Source: Macrostomum lignano (taxonomy: Eukaryota). From it: a DNA stretch of 64,000 bases. Location of the stretch: NCBI GenBank assembly GCA_002269645.1, contig NIVC01000462.1:675914-739913 (forward strand). The letters run 5' to 3'. The notes beneath the pieces are model-generated. The model had not been told where the DNA came from and did not search any database. It saw nothing but the letters and a program-made list of their open reading frames with translations. Each line of letters starts with the position of its first letter. Position 1 is the stretch's first letter. Shown in pieces: positions 1 through 12,032 of the stretch. Both the position numbers and the translations under genes were made by a program.

Positions 1-710
1 CCAAAGGGTAGACTTTCAATGTTGCCATCTAAGACAAATCGTTTGTTGTCTGCACCTGAAAGACCAATCTTCTTTCTTTGAATTGTATAAACCACGAGTA
101 CATGGTCTTCTGACTGCAGTTTGGAGAATTTTGCCAGGCCAGGTCTCTATATTCGACTTCTTTTAACTCATTTTGAACTACATGCTTGGGAATACCTTTC
201 GATCTTTTAATAGGTTCTGAGTCCTCACATTTTATAAAGTAGGACTTTGCCCTCAGACCGATGAATTCGCTGATGATGTCCCCAGCCTTTTCATCTTTCA
301 TTTTCCCTAGGATTTTTTTATTTTGGGTGGAAAGTCAGAGAAGTAGTTATGCAGTTCTGTTGGGATCTCTACATCCACCTCATAAATTGCAGGTGCTGAG
401 AAGTCCCATTCAATTTTTTCAAGCCACCTGAAATTTCCAACGGGTAACTCCTGATTCATTGCCCAACCATGGAGATTATTAGCATCTAGGTAGCTAATAT
501 AATTTAAGGGTTGTTCCTTATTATAATCTTCAATGTAGGGGTTATTCGCTTTAGCATGCCTATGGAGGACACAGACAGAGATGCCCCTCTTTTCGAACTT
601 TCGACAAAATTGTACATATCTATATCCGTTAAGAGTTCAATGTACCAATCTGTATCTTGATCCCATTTCATTTTCAACAATGATTCCCAGCTAGTGACAG
701 GCAAAGACAC
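1..710 (-). pseudogene. Degenerate, internally deleted protein-primed DNA polymerase B relic of a Polinton
   Basis: ORF 504-710 (SWESLLKMKWDQDTDWYIELLTDIDMYNFVESSKRG) and ORF 29-301 (MKDEKAGDIISEFIGLRAKSY...SKGIPK) closely match the pPolB at 54265-56296. The DNA between them (about 330-500) matches the AIYEVDV/HNYFSDF region. Motifs B and C are missing and frameshifts are present. Confidence 0.9.
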
Positions 711-759
711 AAAATGCGCAGGGAAGAAGTTTATCCAAGAAGTTTAACCAAGAAGTTTA

Positions 760-900
760 GCATTATGAGCAATTGTAATAACCATCCTGAGAAGCTTTGC
801 TTAGTGTAGAATTCTGACACTGTCCATCCGTAAACTAAACCATTGCTGATCGAGACGGGAGTCAGATCCTCTTCCTATGAGACACTGCACAAACGACTGC
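760..900 (+). mobile_element. Possible Penelope-like GIY-YIG endonuclease 3' remnant
   Basis: Read across indels, it gives approximately KLCLVES-LSIRKLKPLLNRDGSQIL, resembling the E-x-L-x-I-x-K-L-K-P-x-L-N-R-D tail of Penelope GIY-YIG domains. Short and degraded. Confidence 0.35.
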
Positions 901-1272
901 CACCCAATAGCCGTGGCTTCCCCAAGCGTTGATTCCCAAAGCAGCTAGCGGGAAAATGAAAGCCCCATCAGTCAGAAACAATAGCAGCTGAGACTGGGGT
1001 GGGTGGTGGGAGCCTGGGTCATGGCTTAGAAGAGTTCTCTTTCTCTCTGTGGCTAAGAGCCGCCCCTGAGTCAGTCTAGTAGCAAAATCCCCTCCCCTAG
1101 TTGATCATTGCCATTGCTTCCATCCCCGAACAGCCACCCCTGCCGGCGCCCCAACCCCCAGGTTCTCAATCTGCATCCGCGCCGCTCCCGGGATTCTGGG
1201 CCACCGACGCAGGTTTCAACTCCGCTTCATTGTCGCCTAATTGCCACAGGAATCGCTGAATACGCTGCCAAA

Positions 1273-1899
1273 ATGCTGAGCAAGACCAACTCAATCTTTC
1301 TCGGACTTGGCGTCCTCGCTTTCTTAGTTGGTAAGCTGGCTGAAGCATGTAAAATATACAGTCGTTTGTACTCCAATAAAGTAAACAGATTTTATTATTA
1401 TCAGCTAAATCTGTTCACACGCAGGTGTCGGACACGCCATTAAGTGTCTGGCATACACCCACGCGGGCATTGAAGACCTTCGCGGCACCCCCATTGTACT
1501 GGAGTGCGGTAGCAACGTGACCACCTGCAGCAAGATGATTTCTGTTCAAAATCACACGGCTTCGAGCATGACCTTTAAATTCAATGTCAGCTTTACTGTG
1601 AGTAATCGATGAATGAGCTAATTAAGTTAGTTCTGTCTCAGAATTTTCGCCCCCATCCAAAGCAGCTGTGAACTCAACCGCACTCGCATTCTCAGGTCTA
1701 CACTGGCTTTTGCGGTGGCTGCTCTTCCAGCTTGCCGTCTGGTTTCACCTGCACCACCTGCAACACCGACCAGTGCAACTCCGCCTTCGCCGCTGTGCTG
1801 ACTGCGCCGTGCAACTCCGATTTCGCCTCTGTGCGCGCCGCCGCCCTGCTGACCCTGGCTCTGCCGCTGCTGATGGCCGCCGCCCTGCGCAGCTTCTGA
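1273..1899 (+). CDS. Ly6/uPAR (three-finger)-like secreted, probably GPI-anchored protein, 144 aa; exons 1273-1330, 1425-1597, 1696-1899
   Basis: GT-AG introns with consistent phases. Signal peptide MLSKTNSIFLGLGVLAFLVGVGHA, then IKC...LEC...TTC...FCGGC...TCTTCNTDQCN (LU-type C-terminal CN motif) and a hydrophobic tail AALLTLALPLLMAAALRSF. Not recovered by the ORF track. Confidence 0.8.
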
Positions 1900-2017
1900 A
1901 AGCAGCACGCGAACCCGAGAGTTCTAAGAGAGAATGAAACGCTTTGAAATGTTCCACAAAAACTTTGATAGCGTTCCCTGATATTCAACATCGATTTCTG
2001 TTACACAAAGCAAATTA

Positions 2018-2990
2018 CACTCCGAATCTCTCCTGACATTCACTCCGAATCCCTGCAGACATTCACTCCGAATCTCTCCTGACATTCACTCCGAATCCCT
2101 GCAGACATTCACTCCGAATCTCTCCTGACATTCACTCCGAATCCCTGCAGACATTCACTCCGAATCTCTCCTGACATTCACTCCGAATCCTTGCTGACAT
2201 TCACTCCGAATCTCTCCTGACATTCACTCCGAATCCCTGCAGACATTCACTCCGAATCTCTCCTGACATTCACTCCGAATCCCTGCAGACATTCACTCCG
2301 AATCTCTCCTGACATTCACTCCGAATCCCTGCAGACATTCACTCCGAATCTCTCCTGACATTCACTCCGAATCCTTGCTGACATTCACTCCGAATCTCTC
2401 CTGACATTCACTCCGAATCCCTGCTGACATTCACTCCGAATCTCTCCTGACATTCACTCCGAATCCCTGCTGACATTCACTCCGAATCTCTCCTGACATT
2501 CACTCCGAATCCCTGCAGACATTCACTCCGAATCCCTGCTGACATTCACTCCGAATCTCTCCTGACATTCACTCCGAATCTCTCCTGACATTCACTCCGA
2601 ATCTCTCCTGACATTCACTCCGAATCTCTGCTGACATTCACTCCGAATCTCTCCTGACACTCACTCCGAATCTCTCCTGACATTCACTCCGAATCTCTCC
2701 TGACATTCACTCCGAATCTCTCCTGACATTCACTCCGAATCTCTCCTGACACTCACTCCGAATCCCTGCTGACATTCACTCCGAATCTCTCCTGACATTC
2801 ACTCCGAATCCCTGCTGACATTCACTCCGAATCTCTCCTGACACTCACTCCGAATCTCTCCTGACACTCACTCCGAATCTCTCCTGACATTCACTCCGAA
2901 TCTCTCCTGACATTCACTCCGAATCTCTCCTGACATTCACTCCGAATCTCTCCTGACACTCACTCCAAATCTCTTTTGGCCTTCACTCCG
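2018..2990. repeat. 23-bp minisatellite (CTGACATTCACTCCGAATCTCTC), about 42 copies
   Basis: Direct tandem repeat with alternating CTCTC/CCTGC variants. Confidence 0.97.
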
Positions 2991-4222
2991 GAGTGGTATA
3001 GGGAATTTACGAGTATAGCAAACCATCACTTTATTTTGAAAAAATACTTTTTCTTATGACCCCCACACCAGAGCATTTTTTGCTTTTTTCAAACTTCATA
3101 TTTTACTCTTGATTCCATATTTAAACTATCCTTACTTCCTTTTTTCAATTTTTAAAAGTTAAAATTGCGCTGCGGGGGGTCATAAGAAAAAGTATTTTTT
3201 TCAAAATAAAGTGATGGTGTGCTTTAACGTAAGGTTACGCTTACTCTATACTACTACTCTCAAAAACTCGTACTATTCTAAGTCTAGATGCAGACATCAA
3301 CTGATTCTCACATCAGTACGTACCTTTTGGATGAAGGGAGAACTTACAATCCCCAACACTGCTCTGTACAGCTTCTATTGTTCTAAAAAATAGGGAACTT
3401 CCCCACAGCTTCTCTTGTACCCAGGAAGGGAGAACTACGTTTGTCTATACGTGGATCCAACAGTACTCTAAAAATCTCTTACCCAATCTAGTTGCTAGAA
3501 CGGGAAATTGACGCGGCGCACACTGACCAGTTGCAGGCCGCCCTCAAGATAAGCGACGACGGAGTCAATCACTCCGTCGTTTACTTCCATGCCGCCTAGC
3601 CTGATCCGTTCAAGTGAACTCGTGACAGGCATTCGAGTTGTACTGTCAGTAGCCGCTGTAGGAGGTGCTGCGGTGCTGCGGTGCCCAGATTTTCCTTGTT
3701 GAGTGTTTTCTGGGTGTTACAAGTCTGTCTTTTGTATTGCGTTATATTTACGCAAGTTGTGTGCCGTGCACTCTCGGCTCTTGCAGCCGTTGCTCTTATC
3801 AGAGTCTTCTTGAATACTTATGTATTTCTATTTTTCACGAAGGCTCTTTGACACTTGCGCCAACTAATCGCAGTACAGGCAAATAAACTTGTCTATGGCA
3901 ATTACAAATTAAAGTTCAATCTGCTCGGGCAGAAGCCAGCCCGCAGCACTGGGCAACCATCAACCCCTTTCCTTTCGTACCTTTGGTCTTACCTCTACTG
4001 AACAGTCTAGTGATCTAGATCTACTGATCGATGGTCTCGATAACTTTACGAAATGATTATAATAATGAATTTTAAATGCCAGAAACGCTACTTTAAGCAG
4101 TACCCTCAGCACATTACAATATAACTGATTCCGCGAAGATCTTTGCTAAAATACGACTATAAAAGCCCAAGGAAGAAACACTTTCTAGCAGCTGCCTTCC
4201 TTCCCGGCCCAAAAATTCTCAA

Positions 4223-4946
4223 ATGATTTCATACTTTGCAAGCCTCGCTGTCCTGGTGGCCTGCGTTGCCAGCAGGTCAACCCAGGTGTCCTACATTGGC
4301 TGCTTTGTGGACAATGAGACCAGAGATCTGAGAGGACTCACTGGAGTGAGCAGAATCGGACAGTTCAGCATCGAAAGCTTCACGCTGAGCAGCCTTAATA
4401 TGACACACGAGCTCTGCAGCAGCGTCTGCTCTCTGGGCGGCTTCCCGTACTTCAGTGTGCAGGCCAATTATCATTGTTTCTGCGGCAGCTCCTACGGATC
4501 TCTCGGAACTGCAAACGAGACCGACTGCAACGGCGTCTGCGGTGGAAACGGAGCTCAAATGTGCGGAGCCTCGTGGCGAAACTCAGTCTTCGCCCTAACC
4601 TACCCGGGTGAGTGAGCTCAGTGTGAGCAGTTCTGATTTTACCTCTATGTTTTCAGCGTCTTTAAGTAGAATTTATGATCAACTCTAACAGAAATTTTCT
4701 ACACTTTCAGGCAAAAAGTATTTTGAGCAGACGCAGATGCCAAACCAGACGGTGGAGTCCACCCAGAGCACCTACTGGACCAGCGCTGCCAAAATCAAGG
4801 CCGAGTGCTTGATGATGTGCGAGGCCTCAGCTGACTGTCAGGCTGTGATTTTCTCTGGCCAGCAGCACCTGTGCCACCTGCTGAGGTTCGCCTACCCGCC
4901 TGCCAGTCTGAGCAGCACCGATGGAGACTTCTTCGTGCGAGGCTGA
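4223..4946 (+). CDS. Secreted WSC-domain + PAN/apple-like domain protein (paralog 1); exons 4223-4607, 4711-4946
   Basis: Signal peptide. WSC pattern YIGCFVD...MTHELCSSVC...YFSVQANYHCFCG...CNGVCGG...MCGASWRNSVF. Phase-1 GT-AG intron. Exon 2 has C-x3-C-x5-C-x-A-x2-F-x6-C-x-L-L (PAN/apple-like). Confidence 0.9.
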
Positions 4947-5498
4947 GCTCACAGTCAAGCATTTAGCGTTGGAATAATTCAGCTCCTAAGGCTTCTAGAC
5001 TGGACAAAATATTTTGAAAGAATTTGAAAATTTGTCTAAACTACTTCATTGGGAGTTTTTTAAAGAAAAAAATGTAATAATTAACTTGCTAACTTCATAT
5101 TCGGTTTTAAGCAACAAGAAGGAAATACACAGTGCGTGACAAGCTTCAACCAGCTACCGCAAGCAATACTCTTCAAAATATGCATCTTTTTTCAGTGCCA
5201 AAAGTGTTCTGCCTTGTAAAGCATATAGTTAAACAAAGCCGTCCTAGAATCCCTTGGGCATCCCTGCCCGCTGCCATTTTTACCTAACTAGCTGGCGGAG
5301 CCTTCTCCTGAAAGCTATTGTGCTTGCTTAGCTTTGGAACGTTGGAAGTAATTAATTATTAATCTGTGAGTTTCTTGACAACGCGGAGCTGCAAAGCTAT
5401 TCGGGGCCTTACTGTTGATTAGCAACTAAGAGAACTTTTTCCAGCTCAGTAAGCAATCTTTTGCTAATTAATGGAACCTGACGCACTCCTTGTTTTCT

Positions 5499-5547
<49 letters not shown>
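5499..5547. repeat. (CAG)n microsatellite, about 16 units
   Basis: Direct reading. Confidence 0.98.
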
Positions 5548-5552
<5 letters not shown>

Positions 5553-5972
5553 GTATAGCTTTTTGCAGCGCATTTGGGCTTTCGTGCATTGAATTTAATC
5601 CAAAATGCGTTTGCCCATGCAACGGAGATTCAAAATTCAAAATGAGAAACACTCGAATGGCCAATGGCTGCTTTATGGCTGCTGCAGCTCGCAGCAGTCT
5701 GTGGACAGAGTCTGTGGATAATCTAATCGATAAAAAAAGCCATTTTAAATGAGAATTTCTCTCATCGCGCGCAATAGCAGCAGCAAAACGTACACACAGC
5801 AGCAGCAGAATGCCGCCTCAAACAAGTGAAGCAGATCGCCGTCGCCTAACCGATGCCATCAACGCTGGGCACTCCATCAAAGACGCAGCAAGGGTGCTGC
5901 AGCTGTCAATGCTGCCATCCTTTGTTGTCTTTTGTTCTTCTGCCTTTCAATGACTCTACATTGACTTTTGTC

Positions 5973-5973
<1 letters not shown>

Positions 5974-6050
<77 letters not shown>

Positions 6051-6103
6051 TAGTAGTAGTGGTAGTAGTACTAGTACTAGTAGTAGTAGTAGTAGTAGTA
6101 GTG

Positions 6104-6183
<80 letters not shown>

Positions 6184-6186
6184 TAG
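5974..6186. repeat. (TAG)n microsatellite, about 70 units with a few interruptions
   Basis: Direct reading. Confidence 0.98.
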
Positions 6187-6675
6187 TTTATACGAAACTA
6201 AGTGCTATCTTTATAAGAGTGCACTGCCATTCTCTACAAATTGTAAGATGTTTCTTCACAAAAATTCCTTTCTAGCTACTATACAGTAGACGGTCTCTCA
6301 TGTTATTGACATTTCTTCTCAGACAATAGAGCAGTAGACGTGTAAAATTCCATAGTACACAGGCCAAGCGTTTCCAAAAGTGTCTTAAGTTTAAGAACGT
6401 TGATGGAGTTTCCATCTTAGACAATTAGTACCCAAGAGCGAACCAAGGCAGTACACTGCTGTGTACAAATGTTTTTAAAATGAGACTAAAACTCTTACGT
6501 AGCTACTGACTTGAAGCAGCACGTCCTGAAAATCGTTGAAAAACAGACAGACAAAAGTGCTATAAAATCAAGGTAGGCTGGACCATAGACAGCAGGCGAG
6601 TACTTTCTGACTGATAGATAAGCAAGCCTAGGTTGCGAGGCCCCTATCGCAACCCCAAGATAAAGAAACCAAGGT

Positions 6676-6950
6676 TCAACCTCGGGGGTGCGTCCAGCTC
6701 ACGCCAGTAGTCAACAGGTTTGCAGGGGAGACATCGGCGACCCACATCCAGCCGGTATCTCGGACGAAAGCGCGAAGGTCACGGATGTTGTCCGGGATGG
6801 TCAGCTCGTTCATCCACTTGGGGTGGCCGACGTATTTGTGCCTTGCCTTATTGAGGTAAGGGCAGAAGGTGACGTAATGCTCCGTAGTCTCCTCTCCTAT
6901 GCCACAGAGGGACAAGTGGGGGCTGGAACCGGTTTGCAACGAGATGGTTG
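6676..6950 (-). mobile_element. 5'-truncated non-LTR retrotransposon (LINE) 3' end with ORF2 C-terminal zinc knuckle
   Basis: [19 protein letters not shown]...LRAFVRDTG matches the degenerate C-x2-C-x-ET-x2-H-x4-C motif at the C-terminus of I/R1/Jockey-type ORF2. Confidence 0.65.
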
Positions 6951-8378
6951 CACGTAGCCCACCTAGGCCGTTAATTATAGCCTAGGCGTGTTGAAACGGG
7001 CTGAAACGCACGGCATCCGCCCGCTGCAATTATCTATGGCCGACTTCCATAAGTAAAAACTCGTATGCATATAAGTATCTAGTTAATGGGCGGTATGAAT
7101 AAAAATCGAGAAAATCTCGGCAGAAATTCTTGTAAGCCAAGATAAAAAGGAAAATATTTTCTTAACTGTCGAGATTTTCACGCGTAGAAATTCTCTCAAG
7201 CTAAAAAAATCTGCAAAAGACATGAATAAAGTTTTCTTGGCTTGCAAGACTTTCTCGCAAGAATTTATGCAGCAAATTGTCGTCTATGGGCCAACCTGGG
7301 CAGGGTTGGGTGGAATCTCGAGAGACAGAAATAAGACTGGGTGCACTGTGCTCTGATGTACGCCAGTCTCTTTCGCAACGCCCGACTGGAAGACAAAGCA
7401 CCACCTCTGGTCTCTGTTGATTCCCGCAAAAAGTTCTCTGCCAGGAAGGACACGTGTTCCTCAGAAAACCGATGCAGCTGTTGGTATGTGCGCCAGGCGG
7501 AGAGGCCTGTCGTGGCTGATACGCCTTGCGCTTCCTTATTAATGCAAACATTTCAAATCTAAAGCAAAAAAATTCAGTGATAGAAATTCAGTGTCTGAGC
7601 TTTAGAAGAAGAAGCTCGTCAAAAACTCTAGTTTTTACACAGACATTGAGAAAATTGTGATTTTATTCATACGAGAGCGAGAAAATCTTTTTCTTCACAG
7701 ATTTTCTTAGCAATATTTTCTTGTCTCAAAATCTCAAGAAAATCTTCAGAAGAAATTCTCGCGAGAAAAAGTAATTTTCTTATTCAAAAAGGCAAGAAAT
7801 TCTCGCTTTCTTGCAAGAAAAAAGTTTCTTAATAAATGCTTAGTATCAGTTACGATTTTTTAAATTCGAAGAATAAGGAGTTTTGGCCATAGACAATTTT
7901 TTAGATTTCATTCTTTCCTTCTTTGTCTAGAGTGCTGGTGTGCAAATGTGGAAGTTCCGCCCCAACACCCCCGCAAGGCGCTCAGCGCCCCCTTGACCCC
8001 ACTCTCTTCTGACTTTGCCATAGACATTTTGAGAGGGCCGTGAAACCGACTGAATACATTGGAGTAAGTGGGATTTTACCATGGACAGTCTCGAAAATCC
8101 CTTAAATTTTGCTGGATGCAAAGCGCTTTTATAGCGCAGTGAAAAAAATCTGGATTAAATGGCGTGATTTCGACTTGTTTCGAATTTGTGAATTTGAATT
8201 GCATTCAACTACCAGAAAACCTGTGCTTGCTGTACCTTGGCAGGGTTGTACCCTGGGACCTCTGATTGGTCGAACAGCGATGCGCTACGAGTATCTCTTA
8301 AAAAGTCTGTTGGCTCTTATCTGCCTGGCAATTCACAACTGCCGAATTCGTGCTTCAAGTTCCTCTCCTAGCGGAGAA

Positions 8379-9120
8379 ATGTTCCGCCCAGCAGCGACTC
8401 TCTCCGTTCTGTTCTGCACTGCATTCCTGCTGACTTGCGTCACCTGCAGACTCGTCAGCTTCTCCTACCTGGGCTGCTATAAAGACAATCCGTCCACCAG
8501 AGACCTGAACGGGCTCAGTGGAGTCAGCAAGATCGGCGGGTTCAGTGTCCATCACCCTTCTGGTAGTGTCTATTTGAGCATGATGTCGCACAAGCTGTGC
8601 AGCAGCATCTGCTCGATCGGCAGCTTCTCGTACTTTGGGGTGCAGTACGGGGATGAGTGCTACTGCGGCAACTCCTTCGGATCCCATGGCTTGGCGAGCG
8701 AAGCCGACTGCAGCATGGATTGCCCAGGAAACGCGGTGCAGAAATGCGGCGGGTCCAACAGAAACTCCGTGTTCTCACTGAGCTACCCAGGTACTGTTCT
8801 GATTTCTAAAGCTCAGTGCCTATAGTCAGTTTAAAAACATGTTTACTAATGAGAAGCTGCATCTACCTCCAATTTCAGTTTCGGACAACAACACCTACAC
8901 GGTAGTGAAGCAGTCCAGCCCTCCCGTGACATCCGGTGCCACCTCCGTCTGGCCTGTCGCTGCCCAGTCCGTCGAGGACTGCCTGCTCCGGTGCAGCGCC
9001 AGAGCCGACTGCCGGGCCGCCGTTTTCTCCCGACAGGAGCTCGCCTGCCGCCTGCTGGAGTTCGTGTACCCGCCTGGCCACCTGAGCGGGCCCGAGTGGA
9101 CTCTGTTCGTGCGTGGCTGA
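8379..9120 (+). CDS. Secreted WSC + PAN/apple-like protein (paralog 2); exons 8379-8790, 8879-9120
   Basis: Signal peptide MFRPAATLSVLFCTAFLLTCVTC, WSC cysteines and YFGVQYGDECYCG. The phase-1 intron is at the same position as in paralog 1. Confidence 0.92.
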
Positions 9121-9584
9121 GCTCGAGGCGTGCAGTGACCGACTGGCTCTGTTGATGAGCTGAGCATTGACTCAAGCAAACCGTATCAAACCGTCTTTGA
9201 TGCGAAGTCCCACAGCCCTGATCTAACTAAAAATAAAAGCCTTAAAAATATTTGTGACGCTACAGGCATGACTAAATTCGGTAGATTGCTTTCGCCCTAC
9301 CGGTACAGTCACTCAAAGTCAGTGTGTAACTGACTTTACGTTTACTAACTCATCGTGTAACCAACCGAAAGTTGCAGGAGCAAGTACTCAACGCCACCGA
9401 GTGTTTGAATTGCTAACGCTCAATTAGCTAATGGGCGTTACTTTGCAGAATTAGAAGTAATCATTAGGAATGAATGTGTATACTGCATTAGCAAATGATG
9501 CATTACATTAATTAATGCATTTCAGCTGGGAGACATTCCTGTTGCTACCCAAATTATGTTTCAGTCACAGTGGACTTTAATTCG

Positions 9585-9586
<2 letters not shown>

Positions 9587-9618
<32 letters not shown>

Positions 9619-9770
9619 AATTCAGCCAATACTGGTACCATTTTACGGCTAGGTGAACTGAAGAAATGCGGAGTGAAGTGTCTTGCTGTCAAGGACACAA
9701 ATTGTTCCGATTGGGTTGAGAATCGAAGCCCCGACCTTTCAGTCGTGAGTTGTGAGCGCGGTGTGAATTT
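9587..9770 (-). mobile_element. Degenerate tRNA-derived SINE with CORE-like body next to a (CA)n tract
   Basis: ctggtaccattttac...gtgaactgaag...aagtgtcttgct...gaatcgaa aligns with the better preserved copy at 60590-60868. Confidence 0.6.
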
Positions 9771-10499
9771 ATTTCCACAATGTATGCTTCTCAGTGCACT
9801 ATAGCTTTGAGAGAAAATTCATTAGAGAAATAGCTGAATGATCAGGTACCATAAGCACTCACTGATTTGCAACGGTATTAAAAATCCAATGTCATAAAGC
9901 AACTGCACGGTAACTTGGTGGGCCGCGGACTTCTATTTTAGACTGGACGAATTTCATTTGGAAGACTACATGTAGATCATAAATTTCTGCAGCTAGTAAA
10001 TAAATAATGTAGCTATCAATAGTAGTTTTCAGCTCGTTAATAGGGGTCACCTAATCTGACGAAGTCGGTGCTTTCGTATCTTTTGTATTCTTTCTTTGTT
10101 ATAGAAAACACAACGCAGTTGACTGTGAATGTGGCTACCCCCAGAGTCCGGACCTTCTCAGGATAGATATTGCAAACAAATCCTACAGAAAGCAATCAAC
10201 ATAAATACAGTCTTACTCTCGACGTACGTCTCGCATCAAAGCAGCTCAAGAGCTGAGTAAACTATTGTTTGCCATTGTCGCTGACTTCAGGCAGACCAGA
10301 TAGCTCAGTTGCGTTTTGTGAAGCTCCCTAGCAATCTGCCTCCCCGTTGGGAAGGCAACAAAAGAAAGGAAAAAAATATCTGAATAACCTACATTTCCAG
10401 TTTTCCCTGTGTGCTCACCATTGTTATTCTCTCAGGAAAATGATTTTTAAAGGAAAAAAGCATCCACCCTGAAAGACAGCTATCTGGCCTACGATATCA

Positions 10500-11515
10500 G
10501 GTCTACCAGGAGCTTTGGCTCAAAGCAGATGAGAAACCCCGATGAGCCAACGCATTTCAGCACTTCCACCCGTTAGCCTTGACATCTCAGCAATTTCTAA
10601 CGAGCATTGATCGCCACAGCAATTCAGCAATCCCCCCATGAACCTTGACATTGCATCGAGTCCGCTGAGCCCAAGAACTTCATGGCAATTTCTCTGAGTC
10701 TTTGAAATCTTAGAAATTCCACCAACAGCCCTGACAATTTAGCAATTCACACCCATCAGCTTTGACATCTTTGCGATTTCCGATGAGTCTTTACGGTTGA
10801 ATGGGCGCTTCTTTTATGGTTGACATGTCGTGTGTTTTATGTTTCACATAATCCTCTTTTATGGTTTACATGGCGATTCCTTTATGGTTGACATATCATG
10901 TCTTTTATGCTTCACATAACCCTTTTTATGGTCGACATGTCGTGTTTTTTATGTTTCACATAACCCTTTTTTATGTTTGACATGTCGCTTCTTTGACGAT
11001 TGACATGTCGCTTCTTTTATGTTTGACATGTCGCTTCTTTTATGTTTGACATGTCGATTCTTTCAAGGTTGACATGTCGCTTCTTTTATGGTTTAGATGT
11101 CGATTATTTTATGGTTGACATGGCGATTCTTTTATGTTTGACATGTCGCTTCTTTTATGTTTGACATGTCGATTCTATCAAGGTTGACATGTCGCTTCTT
11201 TTATGTTTGACATATCGATTCTTTTATGTTTGACATGTCGATTTTTTATGGTTGACATGGCGATCCTTTTATGGTTGACACGTCGCTTCTTTTATGGGTG
11301 AAATGTAACTTCTTCTATGTTTGACATGACGCTTCTTCTGTGTTTGACATGTCGCTTCTTTTATGTTTGACATATCGATTCTTTTATGTTTGACATATCC
11401 ATTCTTTTATGTTTGACATGTCGATTCTTTTATGTTTGACATATCGATTCTTTTATGTTTGACATGTCGATTTTTTATGGTTGACATGGCGATTCTTTTA
11501 TGGTTGACAAGCGCT
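10500..11515 (-). repeat. Fragment of the same composite repeat family as 30.5-44.4 kb, in reverse orientation: CCTTGACATCTCAGCAATT motifs plus a 23-24 bp TTTATGTTTGACATGTCGCTTCT minisatellite
   Basis: Reverse complements (AATTGCTGAGATGTCAAGG; AGAAGCGACATGTCAAACATAAA) match motifs at 32.0-34.2 kb, 38.0-38.8 kb and 40.9-42.9 kb. Confidence 0.8.
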
Positions 11516-12032
11516 CTTATGTGACTCGGTAGCCGCTGATGAACTGCTCTGCCAAATTTCTTACCAGCTCGTAGTTTAACTGATCGGAATGTAGCCAGCA
11601 GTGCTTACTTACGAGTAGTCTAATTCGGACAACTGCAGTCGCATAATATATTGTATTTCTTTAACTTCATACATGTAGACGATATTATATCTTTAAAAAA
11701 ATGCATATTACAAAAGCATTAGTTGGCCCCTGCAGTCAGATATTGTTACAGCAGACGGTTGTCAAGACCCTTTCAATCTACGTCATCTAAAACCGGGATG
11801 AGCTGCAGGATGTCCTGCGACGCTGCTTTTACAACTTTGAGGTGGAATCATGGTGTTGTAAGATTTTCACCCTCGTTTATGCCAATGTTTAAGCCACTTT
11901 AATTTAGTTTATGACATGAAAATTTGACTCTGACTTAGTTGCAAATTGCACAGCGAGAAGTCCAAGATCAGATAAGATTTGGAGGAGCGCACAGGAGGAT
12001 CGTGTCTTAAAAATGAGATCTTTCGGGTATAG

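Noticed and set aside
3556-3580. Perfect 10-bp hairpin ACGACGGAGT-CAATC-ACTCCGTCGT followed by T residues
   Set aside because: It resembles a bacterial terminator, but the context is eukaryotic and it is a single occurrence with no linked gene.
5464-6289. Poly-Ser, poly-Leu and poly-Val ORFs
   Set aside because: Products of (CAG)n and (TAG)n microsatellites with no supporting gene structure.
7100-7895. Possible MITE with GTCTATGG/CCATAGAC ends and internal inverted TCTTGCAAG motifs
   Set aside because: The motif occurs at several nearby positions, so boundaries and TSD cannot be fixed.
8109-8378. 90-aa N-terminal extension of WSC paralog 2 in the ORF track
   Set aside because: Starts at a non-ATG codon. 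The paralog at 16179 and the signal peptide both point to ATG 8379.
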